DNA of 21,083 nt from an uncultured bacterium (GTDB lineage Bacteria > CSSED10-310 > CAZUFC01), in the NCBI GenBank assembly GCA_964619725.1, contig CAZUFC010000134.1, positions 1 to 21,083 on the forward strand, read 5' to 3'. Both the position numbers and the translations under genes were made by a program. The stretch's first letter is position 1; the number at the start of each line of letters is the position of its first letter. Under the pieces are notes generated by a model. That model was not told the origin of the DNA. It searched no databases and saw nothing but the letters and a program-made list of their open reading frames with translations. Below are positions 1 through 7,919 of this stretch, piece by piece.

Positions 1-149
1 CACCTTATTGAATTGGGGACTGATCACTCCGCGGTTGCGCTTCTTTCAAAACTTTCGACGGTGTGTTTCAGTAACCGGGATCGCAACAAAATAATTACGA
101 GGAGAAATGAGTCGGCCTGATCATATTTTCAAAGCTTCTTAATGCTTCT

Positions 150-361
150 TAATTAGTGCCTGTCCATAAACTCGATTGTCGATTCAAAATTTAATGCTGG
201 ACAGTCACTGCGGTTTTTGATCCATAAACGAGCGAATTTTTCTTAAAACAAGGATGGTAATGATTTGCGAGGCAGGGGTATTGCTTATACGTTGACTGAG
301 CAAATCCGAAGACAGATGCAGAATTGGGAAAAATTCGCCGTTTACGGACAAAAACTAATTA
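150..361. repeat. Degenerate MITE/REPIN-like nested inverted-repeat element (non-autonomous)
   Basis: 213-242 (gtttttgatccataaacgagcgaatttttc) matches the reverse complement of 328-355 at 27 of 28 aligned bases with two 1-nt gaps; inner stem gatttgc (262-268)/gcaaatc (300-306); 150-171 also matches the reverse complement of 340-361 at 18/22; 155-166 pairs with 198-209 at 11/12. No transposase. Confidence 0.65.
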
Positions 362-510
362 TTCAAGGCTGCGAAAATTTTAACCTCGAAACGCGGATAT
401 CTGATCAACGTCAAATTTTCCGGTTGTCCTCAGCAGCCCGATTGCGAATCTCAAATGACGCTTCTTATTTCCGCCCCTGGTTTCAACTTTAAAAAATGAC
501 CGTAGAAATA

Positions 511-1182
511 TTAAACTTTGAAATATTTGCTGTAGGCTTTCTGGGGGTAGAGGGATTTTATATATTTTTCTTTATAGATAGCCACGCTGAATTCGTAGAG
601 AGGATAAGCGTGGTAAATCTGAACAAAACGGGAAAGGTTCTTTTGAATGAAAGTCATCAAATTTTCCGGAGATTCATAATATAAGCCGGGTTGCCGATAT
701 TCGGACCAACTTGTTATAAAATTGAAAGAAATCCCTTTGGCAGCCACGTCAAACATTTTCGTTATCCATTTCCGGCACATCTGCTTCCACGCCTCATCGT
801 CCTCTTCGAGCCTTACGTTGAACATCCCGCTCTGAACGACATAATCATAAATTTCCTTTCCGGTTTCCTTCATAAAATCACGCAGCATAAAGTTGCATTC
901 GGGATATTCCTTTTCACAGAACTCAATGAATTTAGGGGAAATATCCGAGCCTGAATATTCGACATTATACCCTTTTTCCTTTAAATATCGATAGAAATGT
1001 CCCAGTCCGCACCCGAAATCGTGAACTGAAAACCGGTCTTTATCTTCATCGAAAACCTTTGCGGTTTTTTCAAATCTTAAATATTGCGTTGTTTGATCGT
1101 TATGAGAAAGACTCAAAGGCGAATCTCCATATTTATCGAATTTGTTTTCATAAAATTCCTGCAAGTATTTGTTTCGAGACAT
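511..1182 (-). CDS. Class I SAM-dependent methyltransferase, of the type found in surface-glycan gene clusters
   Basis: Motif I VHDFGCGLG, post-I YSGSDIS, motif YDYVVQSGMFN; GAGG RBS upstream of ATG; 223 aa. Confidence 0.88.
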   Translation of the reverse strand: MSRNKYLQEFYENKFDKYGDSPLSLSHNDQTTQYLRFEKTAKVFDEDKDRFSVHDFGCGLGHFYRYLKEKGYNVEYSGSDISPKFIEFCEKEYPECNFMLRDFMKETGKEIYDYVVQSGMFNVRLEEDDEAWKQMCRKWITKMFDVAAKGISFNFITSWSEYRQPGLYYESPENLMTFIQKNLSRFVQIYHAYPLYEFSVAIYKEKYIKSLYPQKAYSKYFKV

Positions 1183-1213
1183 TTATTTTCCTCACTAATT
1201 AAAGGTTAGCAAC

Positions 1214-1241
1214 GTATGGGCGATTATCTGCCTGCCCCTAC
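1214..1241. repeat. Single REP-like palindrome of the GTAGGGGC type
   Basis: Minus strand reads gtaggggc-aggcagataatc-gcccatac; arms gtatgggc/gcccctac pair at 7 of 8. Only one copy in the window. Confidence 0.45.
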
Positions 1242-1245
1242 AAAG

Positions 1246-1274
1246 TTTTTAAAACGAGCCGCTGATAATGTCAA
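1246..1274 (-). promoter_or_regulatory. Possible sigma70 promoter for the methyltransferase
   Basis: Minus-strand TTGACA (1274-1269), 17-nt spacer, TAAAAA (1251-1246); the -10 is imperfect. Confidence 0.3.
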
Positions 1275-1476
1275 CTGATTTTATTATGATCCTTATTTTA
1301 TTCTCTGATGCCGCAAACGATGAAGGGCATATTTCCCGCCGAATTTATCGCAATGCGTCCTGCGGTCTTACCGGAAAACGCACAAAAGGCTCTTGCGCTT
1401 GAACCTTCCGTCCGTCTTTTTATCATGAATCGCTTTTATCCGGGTTAAGATCGGTAAAATTGCGATCCCTTCACTC

Positions 1477-1507
1477 GGCCGCAGCTTCCGTTGCAGAAGC
1501 TGCGGCC
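1477..1507. terminator. Strong GC-rich hairpin, possible terminator or stabilising stem
   Basis: Perfect 12-bp stem ggccgcagcttc/gaagctgcggcc with a 7-nt loop, about 30 nt beyond the stop of ORF 1540-1983(-); no clear U-tract on either strand. Confidence 0.45.
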
Positions 1508-1539
1508 TATATCCTTAAAACCCTGACCTCAGAAAAACC

Positions 1540-1983
1540 CTATGGTTCCTGCTGCCGCCGCGGATGGAAAAGACAAAAATCGCGTTTTGCCTGTATCACG
1601 ACGGCCCCTCCCTGAATCCTATCCGATACCCGCAACATCGGAGAATTCAATAGTTTGTCGTCAACTGACCTACCTATCTTCGAATCTATGAAAACCCTAT
1701 CTGAAACATCGGTATACGCAATTGCGCCTTTACTCATCTCCCCATTCGACGAGTTCGCGGATTCCGGAAAACCCCCACCTTTCAAGTCTACATTATTGAC
1801 CCGGAACCCCAATTTGTTACTTTTTGACCCACCCGAAGCGGGCTGTCCGGCGCCTGCAGCGAATACCGGGGTATTAAGCTCTTCGCCTTCTCTTTTAATT
1901 TCTGATTGTCTGTTTGCGTTCATCATATCGCTTAATTCCTTCAATTCCTCATTGAAGTCGCCCTTCAATATAGCAATTTTCAT
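1540..1983 (-). CDS. Hypothetical protein (147 aa, hydrophilic, Gly/Ser-rich middle); may be a remnant
   Basis: ATG-initiated ORF, same strand as its neighbours, followed by a hairpin; weak RBS and no recognisable motif. Confidence 0.35.
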   Translation of the reverse strand: MKIAILKGDFNEELKELSDMMNANRQSEIKREGEELNTPVFAAGAGQPASGGSKSNKLGFRVNNVDLKGGGFPESANSSNGEMSKGAIAYTDVSDRVFIDSKIGRSVDDKLLNSPMLRVSDRIQGGAVVIQAKRDFCLFHPRRQQEP

Positions 1984-2211
1984 GCCTAATCAAGAGTCGG
2001 CAGTAAAGCTTATTTTACGGGGATTCTCCGTATCGGCCGGCGGTCATACATGCAGATATTGCATGAAACGCAACTGCAGTTGAAGCGGATATTGCCGCCG
2101 AAATACTGAAACAGGGCATTGGGATGATAAGTGAACGGGCCTCGTGTGATTTTTAAAGGGCGTCGACCGGTAAATTTGTTTAGGGGCATTTCCCGTATTT
2201 GCGGCGGGAAA

Positions 2212-3180
2212 TCAGGAATTGAGATTTATTTTTCTTTTACCCGGCGCCCATTCATCCCAAAAGTGCCAGTGTCCGGGATAGCGCTTTATGAATCTTTCGA
2301 GTTGGACGGCGAACGACTTCATATCTTCCTCAACGGGGACATAGTCGGGCTCGGTGGGATGGCGATGATCGTAATTGACGGACAGAGGTCTCCCGACGAT
2401 GAATTTGTAGAAGTCGTTTCTGTCTTTGATGATGAAGGCCGGGATCAGCAGTGCGCCGGTCATGCGGGCGAGTTTAACGGGTCCTTCGGGAAAACGCATG
2501 GCGCCGTCAAGGAAAGGAAGCGTTCTGGTTTTTCCTTTTATTTCACCTCTGCCGGCGCCGTCTCCAGTAGTGAAGACGATGCCGCCTTTTTTCAGGTGTC
2601 GGAATATGGGGCGCATGTAGGAATCGGCAGAGTGAATGCTTGCGGGAAGCATATTTTCATATTTGAGTCTTAACTTGTAAGCGACTTTTTTCCCGACGGC
2701 GCTGAGTCCTTTGTCTGAGGGCAGTCCGATCTGCATCACTTCAAACCCGCGTTCATGCATGAGAAACAGCGGCAATTGAATAGGACCGAAATGACCGTGA
2801 ACTACGATGACGCCTTTGCCGGCGTTTAATGCTTCTCTAATATGTCGAATGCCCTGGCTGCCCATAAGCCGCCTTATGCGCTCTTTTTTTTTGCGCAAGG
2901 CGGGATAGAGAAAAATATGAAGCCTGTCGACATAATGATTCTGGTAATATTCCATAACTGCTTTTCTGAGGGTCTGGTCGTCATATTCCTCAAGTTTAAG
3001 AAAGTCCATATTTTTCAGTAATTTATCGCATCTTTTCCGTGCTGCGAAAAAGTGAAGCATTCCCAGCAACCGAAAAAGGGCGATACTCCAGGAAAGCGGA
3101 AGCGCCCGCACGAGCAGGCGAAAGGGGTACCATATTATTAATCTGGCGAAATCTCTTTTAAGCGACTCTTGAGGTATCAT
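2212..3180 (-). CDS. Lysophospholipid/lipid A lauroyl acyltransferase family protein (LpxL/HtrB/PatA-like)
   Basis: N-terminal amphipathic segment, GKGVIVVHGHFG, LKKGGIVFTTGD, FLDGAMRFPEGPVKLARMTGALLIP, C-terminal IKRYPGHWHFW. Confidence 0.85.
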   Translation of the reverse strand: MIPQESLKRDFARLIIWYPFRLLVRALPLSWSIALFRLLGMLHFFAARKRCDKLLKNMDFLKLEEYDDQTLRKAVMEYYQNHYVDRLHIFLYPALRKKKERIRRLMGSQGIRHIREALNAGKGVIVVHGHFGPIQLPLFLMHERGFEVMQIGLPSDKGLSAVGKKVAYKLRLKYENMLPASIHSADSYMRPIFRHLKKGGIVFTTGDGAGRGEIKGKTRTLPFLDGAMRFPEGPVKLARMTGALLIPAFIIKDRNDFYKFIVGRPLSVNYDHRHPTEPDYVPVEEDMKSFAVQLERFIKRYPGHWHFWDEWAPGKRKINLNS

Positions 3181-3192
3181 TTTGTATTCCGG

Positions 3193-4179
3193 TCATTGTT
3201 TGTTCGGCCTTCGATTTCTTTTTATTCCGGCCCGAAGGACTTTATATGAGGCGCTGACGATTTCCATGCTGTTTCTCAGGGAAAAAGGCGCCCAGACCAG
3301 TGCGGAAACAATATTCAGGATGGAGCCGAAAACCATAAAAGTACGGACTCCCATAAAATAAAAAATACTGTGATTTTTATGAAAGTATTTCAACAGGCTC
3401 TGATAGAATTCCTCACTGATGTTGTCCCGTTTACGCACGCTTCTGCCTCCGTAGTGGACTATCACGGCATCCGGATAATAAACTATCTTCCATCCATTCT
3501 GTTTAATTCTCCAGCAGAGGTCGACGTCTTCGAAGAACATGTGAAATATTTCGTCGAATCCACCCAGCGTTTCGAGTACCTGTTTTTTCACCAGGAAAGC
3601 GGCGCCCATGGGTTGATCGACTTCCCTGACTCCGGAATGGTCCCAGTTTTTCAAACGATAACGATCGTAGTAGCTGCGTATGGGAAACAGCCGGTTGATT
3701 CTGAGGTTTTCCGTAAAAGGCGTCAGAATGGTGGGGAAACGACGAATGGAATACTGCAATGAACCATCTGAGTTTATTAATCTGGCGCCGAGAGCGCCGA
3801 TATCTTTTTGGGAATCCAGGAAATCGACCATGGAGCGAAGTGCTTGCGGTTTGACCACACTGTCGGGATTAAGCAGCAAAATATTCCGTCCTGAGCTTTT
3901 GCTTATGGCCTGATTATTGGCTTTCCCGAAGCCGAGATTCACCTGGTTTCTGATCAGTCCCACATGAGGGAATTCCTTTTCCACCATTTCTGCCGATGAA
4001 TCCGACGAAGCATTATCGACCACATAAATTTCAATATTAAGGTCTGCTTTGGTTTCGAGGATGGATTTCAGGCACTCCCTTAACAGGTCTTTGGTATTCC
4101 AGTTAACGATGACGACGGAGAGGTCCGTCATGTCGGCCTGAGCTTTGCGTCCGGGGGGTTCCTCAAGTAGACAGGTCAC
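3193..4179 (-). CDS. Glycosyltransferase family 2 (WbbL/GT2_like_c type)
   Basis: DLSVVIVNWN, VVDNASSD, NLGFGKANN, LLLNPD, GAAFLV, FFEDVDLCWR; GTG start overlaps upstream stop (GTGA) with GAGGA RBS; alternative ATG at 4131. Confidence 0.93.
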   Translation of the reverse strand: MTCLLEEPPGRKAQADMTDLSVVIVNWNTKDLLRECLKSILETKADLNIEIYVVDNASSDSSAEMVEKEFPHVGLIRNQVNLGFGKANNQAISKSSGRNILLLNPDSVVKPQALRSMVDFLDSQKDIGALGARLINSDGSLQYSIRRFPTILTPFTENLRINRLFPIRSYYDRYRLKNWDHSGVREVDQPMGAAFLVKKQVLETLGGFDEIFHMFFEDVDLCWRIKQNGWKIVYYPDAVIVHYGGRSVRKRDNISEEFYQSLLKYFHKNHSIFYFMGVRTFMVFGSILNIVSALVWAPFSLRNSMEIVSASYKVLRAGIKRNRRPNKQ

Positions 4180-5933
4180 TTGAATTTCCTCAATAATCGT
4201 TTTACTTTACCTCTTAAATCCGTTCTCTTCTGCAACGACGGCGCGTTCAACGTCCGATTTTTGTAGTTGAAATGCATGTGGTAGGTCTTGAAACAGAGAC
4301 TGCCGGATGCTTTTCTGCCGTTAATGAATAATGAGCCATCAACCGCGTTTTGCCTATCAGTTTTCCAGACTGTGACGGCATTTCCCGGTCCGACGGGTTG
4401 GGCATCCAGAACAAGGCGGTAATATTGGTTTTCTGAATTGCAAACAGGATCGAAGATGAATGAAAACCAGGCATTATCCTTGAGTTTTTCCATAGGAACC
4501 GCTTCAGCAGCGATGTCGTTTTTATCGTTCAATGAATTCCGGAGATGAAAATGCAGCGTACCGCGGTTAACCCGGTTGAATGTTGCGATATACACATCGA
4601 TGCGAGACAGATGAGAATACCTGGAAAAAAAGGTTTGTTCCGCTGCAATGCTTTCGTTTATCTCGCCTATGTGAGTCTCCGCTTTGTCCTGCACGACATC
4701 GGCCTTTTCAAGAGGTTCGACGGAGGACGCTTTGTTTTCCATTTTGGAATCGGGAGCTTTTTGCGGATTTCGACAGAATCGTTTCAGAGGTTTCAGGGCC
4801 TGGTCCCAGACGAACCGCCCGGCGACAAGATCAATATTTTTTCGATATTCGTCAACGGAATCGCCGTCATTCAATAATGCGATCAAGGCATCAGCGACGG
4901 CATCCTCATCATCGGCCTCCACCGTCATTCCGAGCCGCTCTTTTTCCACCATTTCCGAAAGCACGTCCCCCCTGGTGCATAAAACAGGAAGCCGGGCCCA
5001 TATGTAATCCAGGATTCTCGTTCTGAAGGCGAATTTCGTTTCAATGTTGGGACAATGCAGACTCACCCCGACATCTCCTTCGGCCAGTATCTCTCCCCTT
5101 TTTTCATACGGTATCCAATCCCCGAAGAAAACAGTCTTATTAAGCAGCCCCGCTTTTTTCACTTCGGTTTCCGTTTCTTCAGTCTTTTTCATCACCGGCA
5201 TCAAAGGATTAGGATGTTTAAGTCCCATAAAGAATAATTTTACGTCGGGTCTCTCCTGTTCCAGTTTTTTCATGGCGCGGACCAGAATTTCAGGAGTAAA
5301 CCAGTTCCAGATACCTCCGGCCCATATGATCAGTTTATCGTTTTTTTTAATGCCTTTCAGGGCTCCTTTTCCGCGATTGTGCGGTTTTTTTTTGGGTATG
5401 TCGCGGGGAATGCCGAAGGGCGCCACATCGATCAATCGGCGGAGTTCAGGATCATCTTTATAATTGTAAGGATTAATTCGGCCGGCGCCGGCGAGCATTC
5501 CCAGCCAGAAATCACGCTGTTTTTCTCCCGCGCAAATAAAGAAATCAGCTTCCCGCAGTTTCCTGGATAATCTTTCGACGTCAATAAGGCATTTATCATT
5601 TTGTTCCCGGAGCCCGCCTTCGCTCCAGAAGTCCAGATTGGATAAAATGAAGGGATCATAGAGGTCGACGACGTAAAAAGCTTTAACCGGCGCATCAATG
5701 ATCAACGACCCCGGCGCTATGACGATATCGTATTCATCAAGCAATTTTTCATCCGGTTCAGCTTCGAATACAGTTATTTTCAAGCCTTCAATCGAAATAT
5801 CCGGTTTTTGCGGCACGGCAAGCGTCGTCGGATGTTCGCGAGCCAGCAGACGCGCTGTTTCCAGGCATCGAATGGCCGGTCCGGCCATTTTTTTGCCTAC
5901 AACGTCACCGCTTATCACAAGAATTCGGCTCAT
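4176..5933 (-). CDS. Glycosyltransferase family 4 (GT-B) with additional C-terminal beta-rich domain
   Basis: N-terminal RILVISGD..MAGPAIR, VVDLYDP, IIWAGGIWNWF, ETKFAFRTRILDYIWARLPVL, FVWDQALKPL; about 150 extra aa at the C-terminus. Confidence 0.88.
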   Translation of the reverse strand: MSRILVISGDVVGKKMAGPAIRCLETARLLAREHPTTLAVPQKPDISIEGLKITVFEAEPDEKLLDEYDIVIAPGSLIIDAPVKAFYVVDLYDPFILSNLDFWSEGGLREQNDKCLIDVERLSRKLREADFFICAGEKQRDFWLGMLAGAGRINPYNYKDDPELRRLIDVAPFGIPRDIPKKKPHNRGKGALKGIKKNDKLIIWAGGIWNWFTPEILVRAMKKLEQERPDVKLFFMGLKHPNPLMPVMKKTEETETEVKKAGLLNKTVFFGDWIPYEKRGEILAEGDVGVSLHCPNIETKFAFRTRILDYIWARLPVLCTRGDVLSEMVEKERLGMTVEADDEDAVADALIALLNDGDSVDEYRKNIDLVAGRFVWDQALKPLKRFCRNPQKAPDSKMENKASSVEPLEKADVVQDKAETHIGEINESIAAEQTFFSRYSHLSRIDVYIATFNRVNRGTLHFHLRNSLNDKNDIAAEAVPMEKLKDNAWFSFIFDPVCNSENQYYRLVLDAQPVGPGNAVTVWKTDRQNAVDGSLFINGRKASGSLCFKTYHMHFNYKNRTLNAPSLQKRTDLRGKVKRLLRKFK

Positions 5934-5948
5934 TCAGACTTCTTTCCT

Positions 5949-7037
5949 CTACAGAACCCTGTATTCACTGTTACCGACCATGTAACGGCAATCACCCCGT
6001 TTGGAAGCTCTCAGGTTCAGCAGACTGAGAGTCAACCCGTCATTGTAATTGAAAATGTTCATCTCTTCTACCTGTTCTTTATTCCACAAATGCGTATCCG
6101 GAACGCGACGGTGCATCTGTATCGGAATCCTCTTTTTGATATAATAAGGCATACGAATCATAAAACCGATGAACGCCCGAACCAGGGGCCATATAGCTTT
6201 CCAATGGCCGGAGCGTTTCGCCCGTAAAATCGGAGCGCCGATATAACGGTAAAGAATATGGGGTCCGAATTTCACCAGGTTCTTCAGTTCGTAATTTTTC
6301 ACAAAAACGGCCAGGTAATTTCTGGCGTAAAAAGCGGAATGCCGGGCCCGGCTGCGTTTTGTTCTCTGCGTCGTACGATATTTATGATAAACGACAGCGC
6401 GAGGAGCCGTATAAAATTTATATCCGAACAGTCCCGCCCGGTAACTCACATCAAAATCCTCGCAATAGGTAAAAAACACAGGATCGAACAGGCCGATTTC
6501 CTTGAATTTTTCAGCATCTGCAAGCAAGGCGGCGAAAATTGAACCGAAAACATGTTCGCTGTTATTGAATCTACCCAGGTCGAGCATCCCGACGCGTTGA
6601 TCCAGCCAATGCGCCCTGATGTGCCATTTCACCCCTAACGCATTTATGAATAAAGGTTCATCATGAAAAAGCAGTTTCGGGAAAACCCCGATGACATCAG
6701 GATGCCCCTCGTGAAAAACTTTCAGCATTTCACGTATCGCGTCATTCTGAAGGACCGTATCCGGGTTCAACAGCAGCAGGTATTTTCCATCTGCGGCCTG
6801 AATGCCCTGGTTATTCGCTCTGCAGAAGCCTTTATTCTTCCTGTTGGCCAGAACCCGAACCTCCGGATAATCGCTTCGAAGCATCTCCACGGAGCCGTCC
6901 CGGGAGGCGTTGTCCATCACGATTATCTCCATATTCTCATAATCCTGTTCTTTGAGACTTTTCAGACATTCATCCAGCTCGTGTTTCGTATTCCAATTAA
7001 CGATAATGACGGAAATAAACGGCATGTCCTGTTTCAT
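5949..7037 (-). CDS. Glycosyltransferase family 2
   Basis: ISVIIVNWN, MDNASRDGS, NKGFCRANN, LLLNPD, GLFDPVFFTYCEDFDVSYR; first gene of the tightly spaced minus-strand operon. Confidence 0.93.
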   Translation of the reverse strand: MKQDMPFISVIIVNWNTKHELDECLKSLKEQDYENMEIIVMDNASRDGSVEMLRSDYPEVRVLANRKNKGFCRANNQGIQAADGKYLLLLNPDTVLQNDAIREMLKVFHEGHPDVIGVFPKLLFHDEPLFINALGVKWHIRAHWLDQRVGMLDLGRFNNSEHVFGSIFAALLADAEKFKEIGLFDPVFFTYCEDFDVSYRAGLFGYKFYTAPRAVVYHKYRTTQRTKRSRARHSAFYARNYLAVFVKNYELKNLVKFGPHILYRYIGAPILRAKRSGHWKAIWPLVRAFIGFMIRMPYYIKKRIPIQMHRRVPDTHLWNKEQVEEMNIFNYNDGLTLSLLNLRASKRGDCRYMVGNSEYRVL

Positions 7038-7243
7038 ACTTCTGCCTGACTCCTGTTCAAAAAACCTTTATCCTGTTTTCCCTTTGCCGGATTAATCGTT
7101 AAAATTCACAACCTTGCCCTGTTTCGGCCGCGCTTTTTACTTTGATTAAGCAGGCCGGTTTATAATAACATTATGGAACGGTCGCCTCAACCGCTTCTGA
7201 ATTCGATTGAGGCATAACCAGGGCAAACCGGGAGATAAGTGGA

Positions 7244-7729
7244 ATGGAAGAAATAAAAATGACTCCGATCGGAGTCATTCGCAGTCCGCACAAAATTAAA
7301 AGTCAAACGCCCATACAACCGACATTCGCGAGAGGGATCAGCGGAGCCGTAGAAATTTATCCGGAATACGAAAAAGGATTAAAGGATATTGAAGGTTTCA
7401 GTTATATTCAGTTGATCTGTTATTTTCATGAGGCGTGTGAGTTCAAACTGCACGTCAAGCCGTATCTGGAAGATGCGGTCAGGGGAGTTTTTGCGACGCG
7501 GGCGCCTTCCCGGCCGAACTTCATAGGGTTAAGCATTTTGAAGTTGATCGAACGGAAAGACAACGTGCTGCATGTAGAAGACATCGATCTGCTGGACGGA
7601 ACACCTGTGCTTGACGTCAAACCCTTCATAACGCGCTTCGACATACGCCCTGACGCATCCAGCGGATGGCAGGATAATATCGATGAAGAAACAGCGGCTC
7701 AAAAGGGATTAAGGGATTTCAAGTCGTGA
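7244..7729 (+). CDS. trmO: tRNA (N6-threonylcarbamoyladenosine(37)-N6)-methyltransferase TrmO (TsaA/YaeB family), single-domain form
   Basis: PIGVIRSP, GVFATRAPSRPNFIGLS, DLLDGTPVLDVKPF signature motifs; GGAG RBS. Confidence 0.92.
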   Translation: MEEIKMTPIGVIRSPHKIKSQTPIQPTFARGISGAVEIYPEYEKGLKDIEGFSYIQLICYFHEACEFKLHVKPYLEDAVRGVFATRAPSRPNFIGLSILKLIERKDNVLHVEDIDLLDGTPVLDVKPFITRFDIRPDASSGWQDNIDEETAAQKGLRDFKS

Positions 7730-7835
7730 CGGAGCTGCCGCCTTCCCCTGCGAATCGACAGTTCTATCCCGGCAAAAAGAAACGAAAAACGGCAAGCCAT
7801 CGTCTTCCTCCCTAAACGGCCTTAATCGAAATATA

Positions 7836-7864
7836 TTGACACTTCTTGACTGAAAAATTATTTT
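7836..7864 (+). promoter_or_regulatory. Probable sigma70 promoter of the two-component operon
   Basis: TTGACA (7836-7841), 17-nt spacer, TATTTT (7859-7864). Confidence 0.5.
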
Positions 7865-7919
7865 TATCAGGAGGAGGTTAAATCAGAAATATCGTTTTAA
7901 CTGATCGAACAGCTCGAAA

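Noticed and set aside
1-120. Open frame 1 ending in TGA at 118-120 (HLIELGTDH...NESA)
   Set aside because: Could be the tail of an upstream gene but is too short and featureless to support.
265-492. 75-aa plus-strand ORF
   Set aside because: Runs across the palindromic repeat, has a TTG start without a convincing RBS and no protein motif; likely spurious.
1600-1720. FlgM-like pattern (DRVFIDS...SPMLR) and a sigma28-like GCCGATAC upstream of ORF 1540-1983
   Set aside because: Similarity is superficial, the FlgM C-terminal motif is missing and there is no TAAA -35 at the right spacing.
1655-2673. Plus-strand ORFs 1655-2083 and 2131-2673, and the many other antisense ORFs in the track
   Set aside because: Shadow ORFs opposite better-supported genes, with no motifs.
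2884-5393. A9 tracts (coding strand) at 2884-2892 and 5385-5393 as phase-variation sites
   Set aside because: They encode Lys runs, both frames are intact, and similar A/T runs are common throughout the window.
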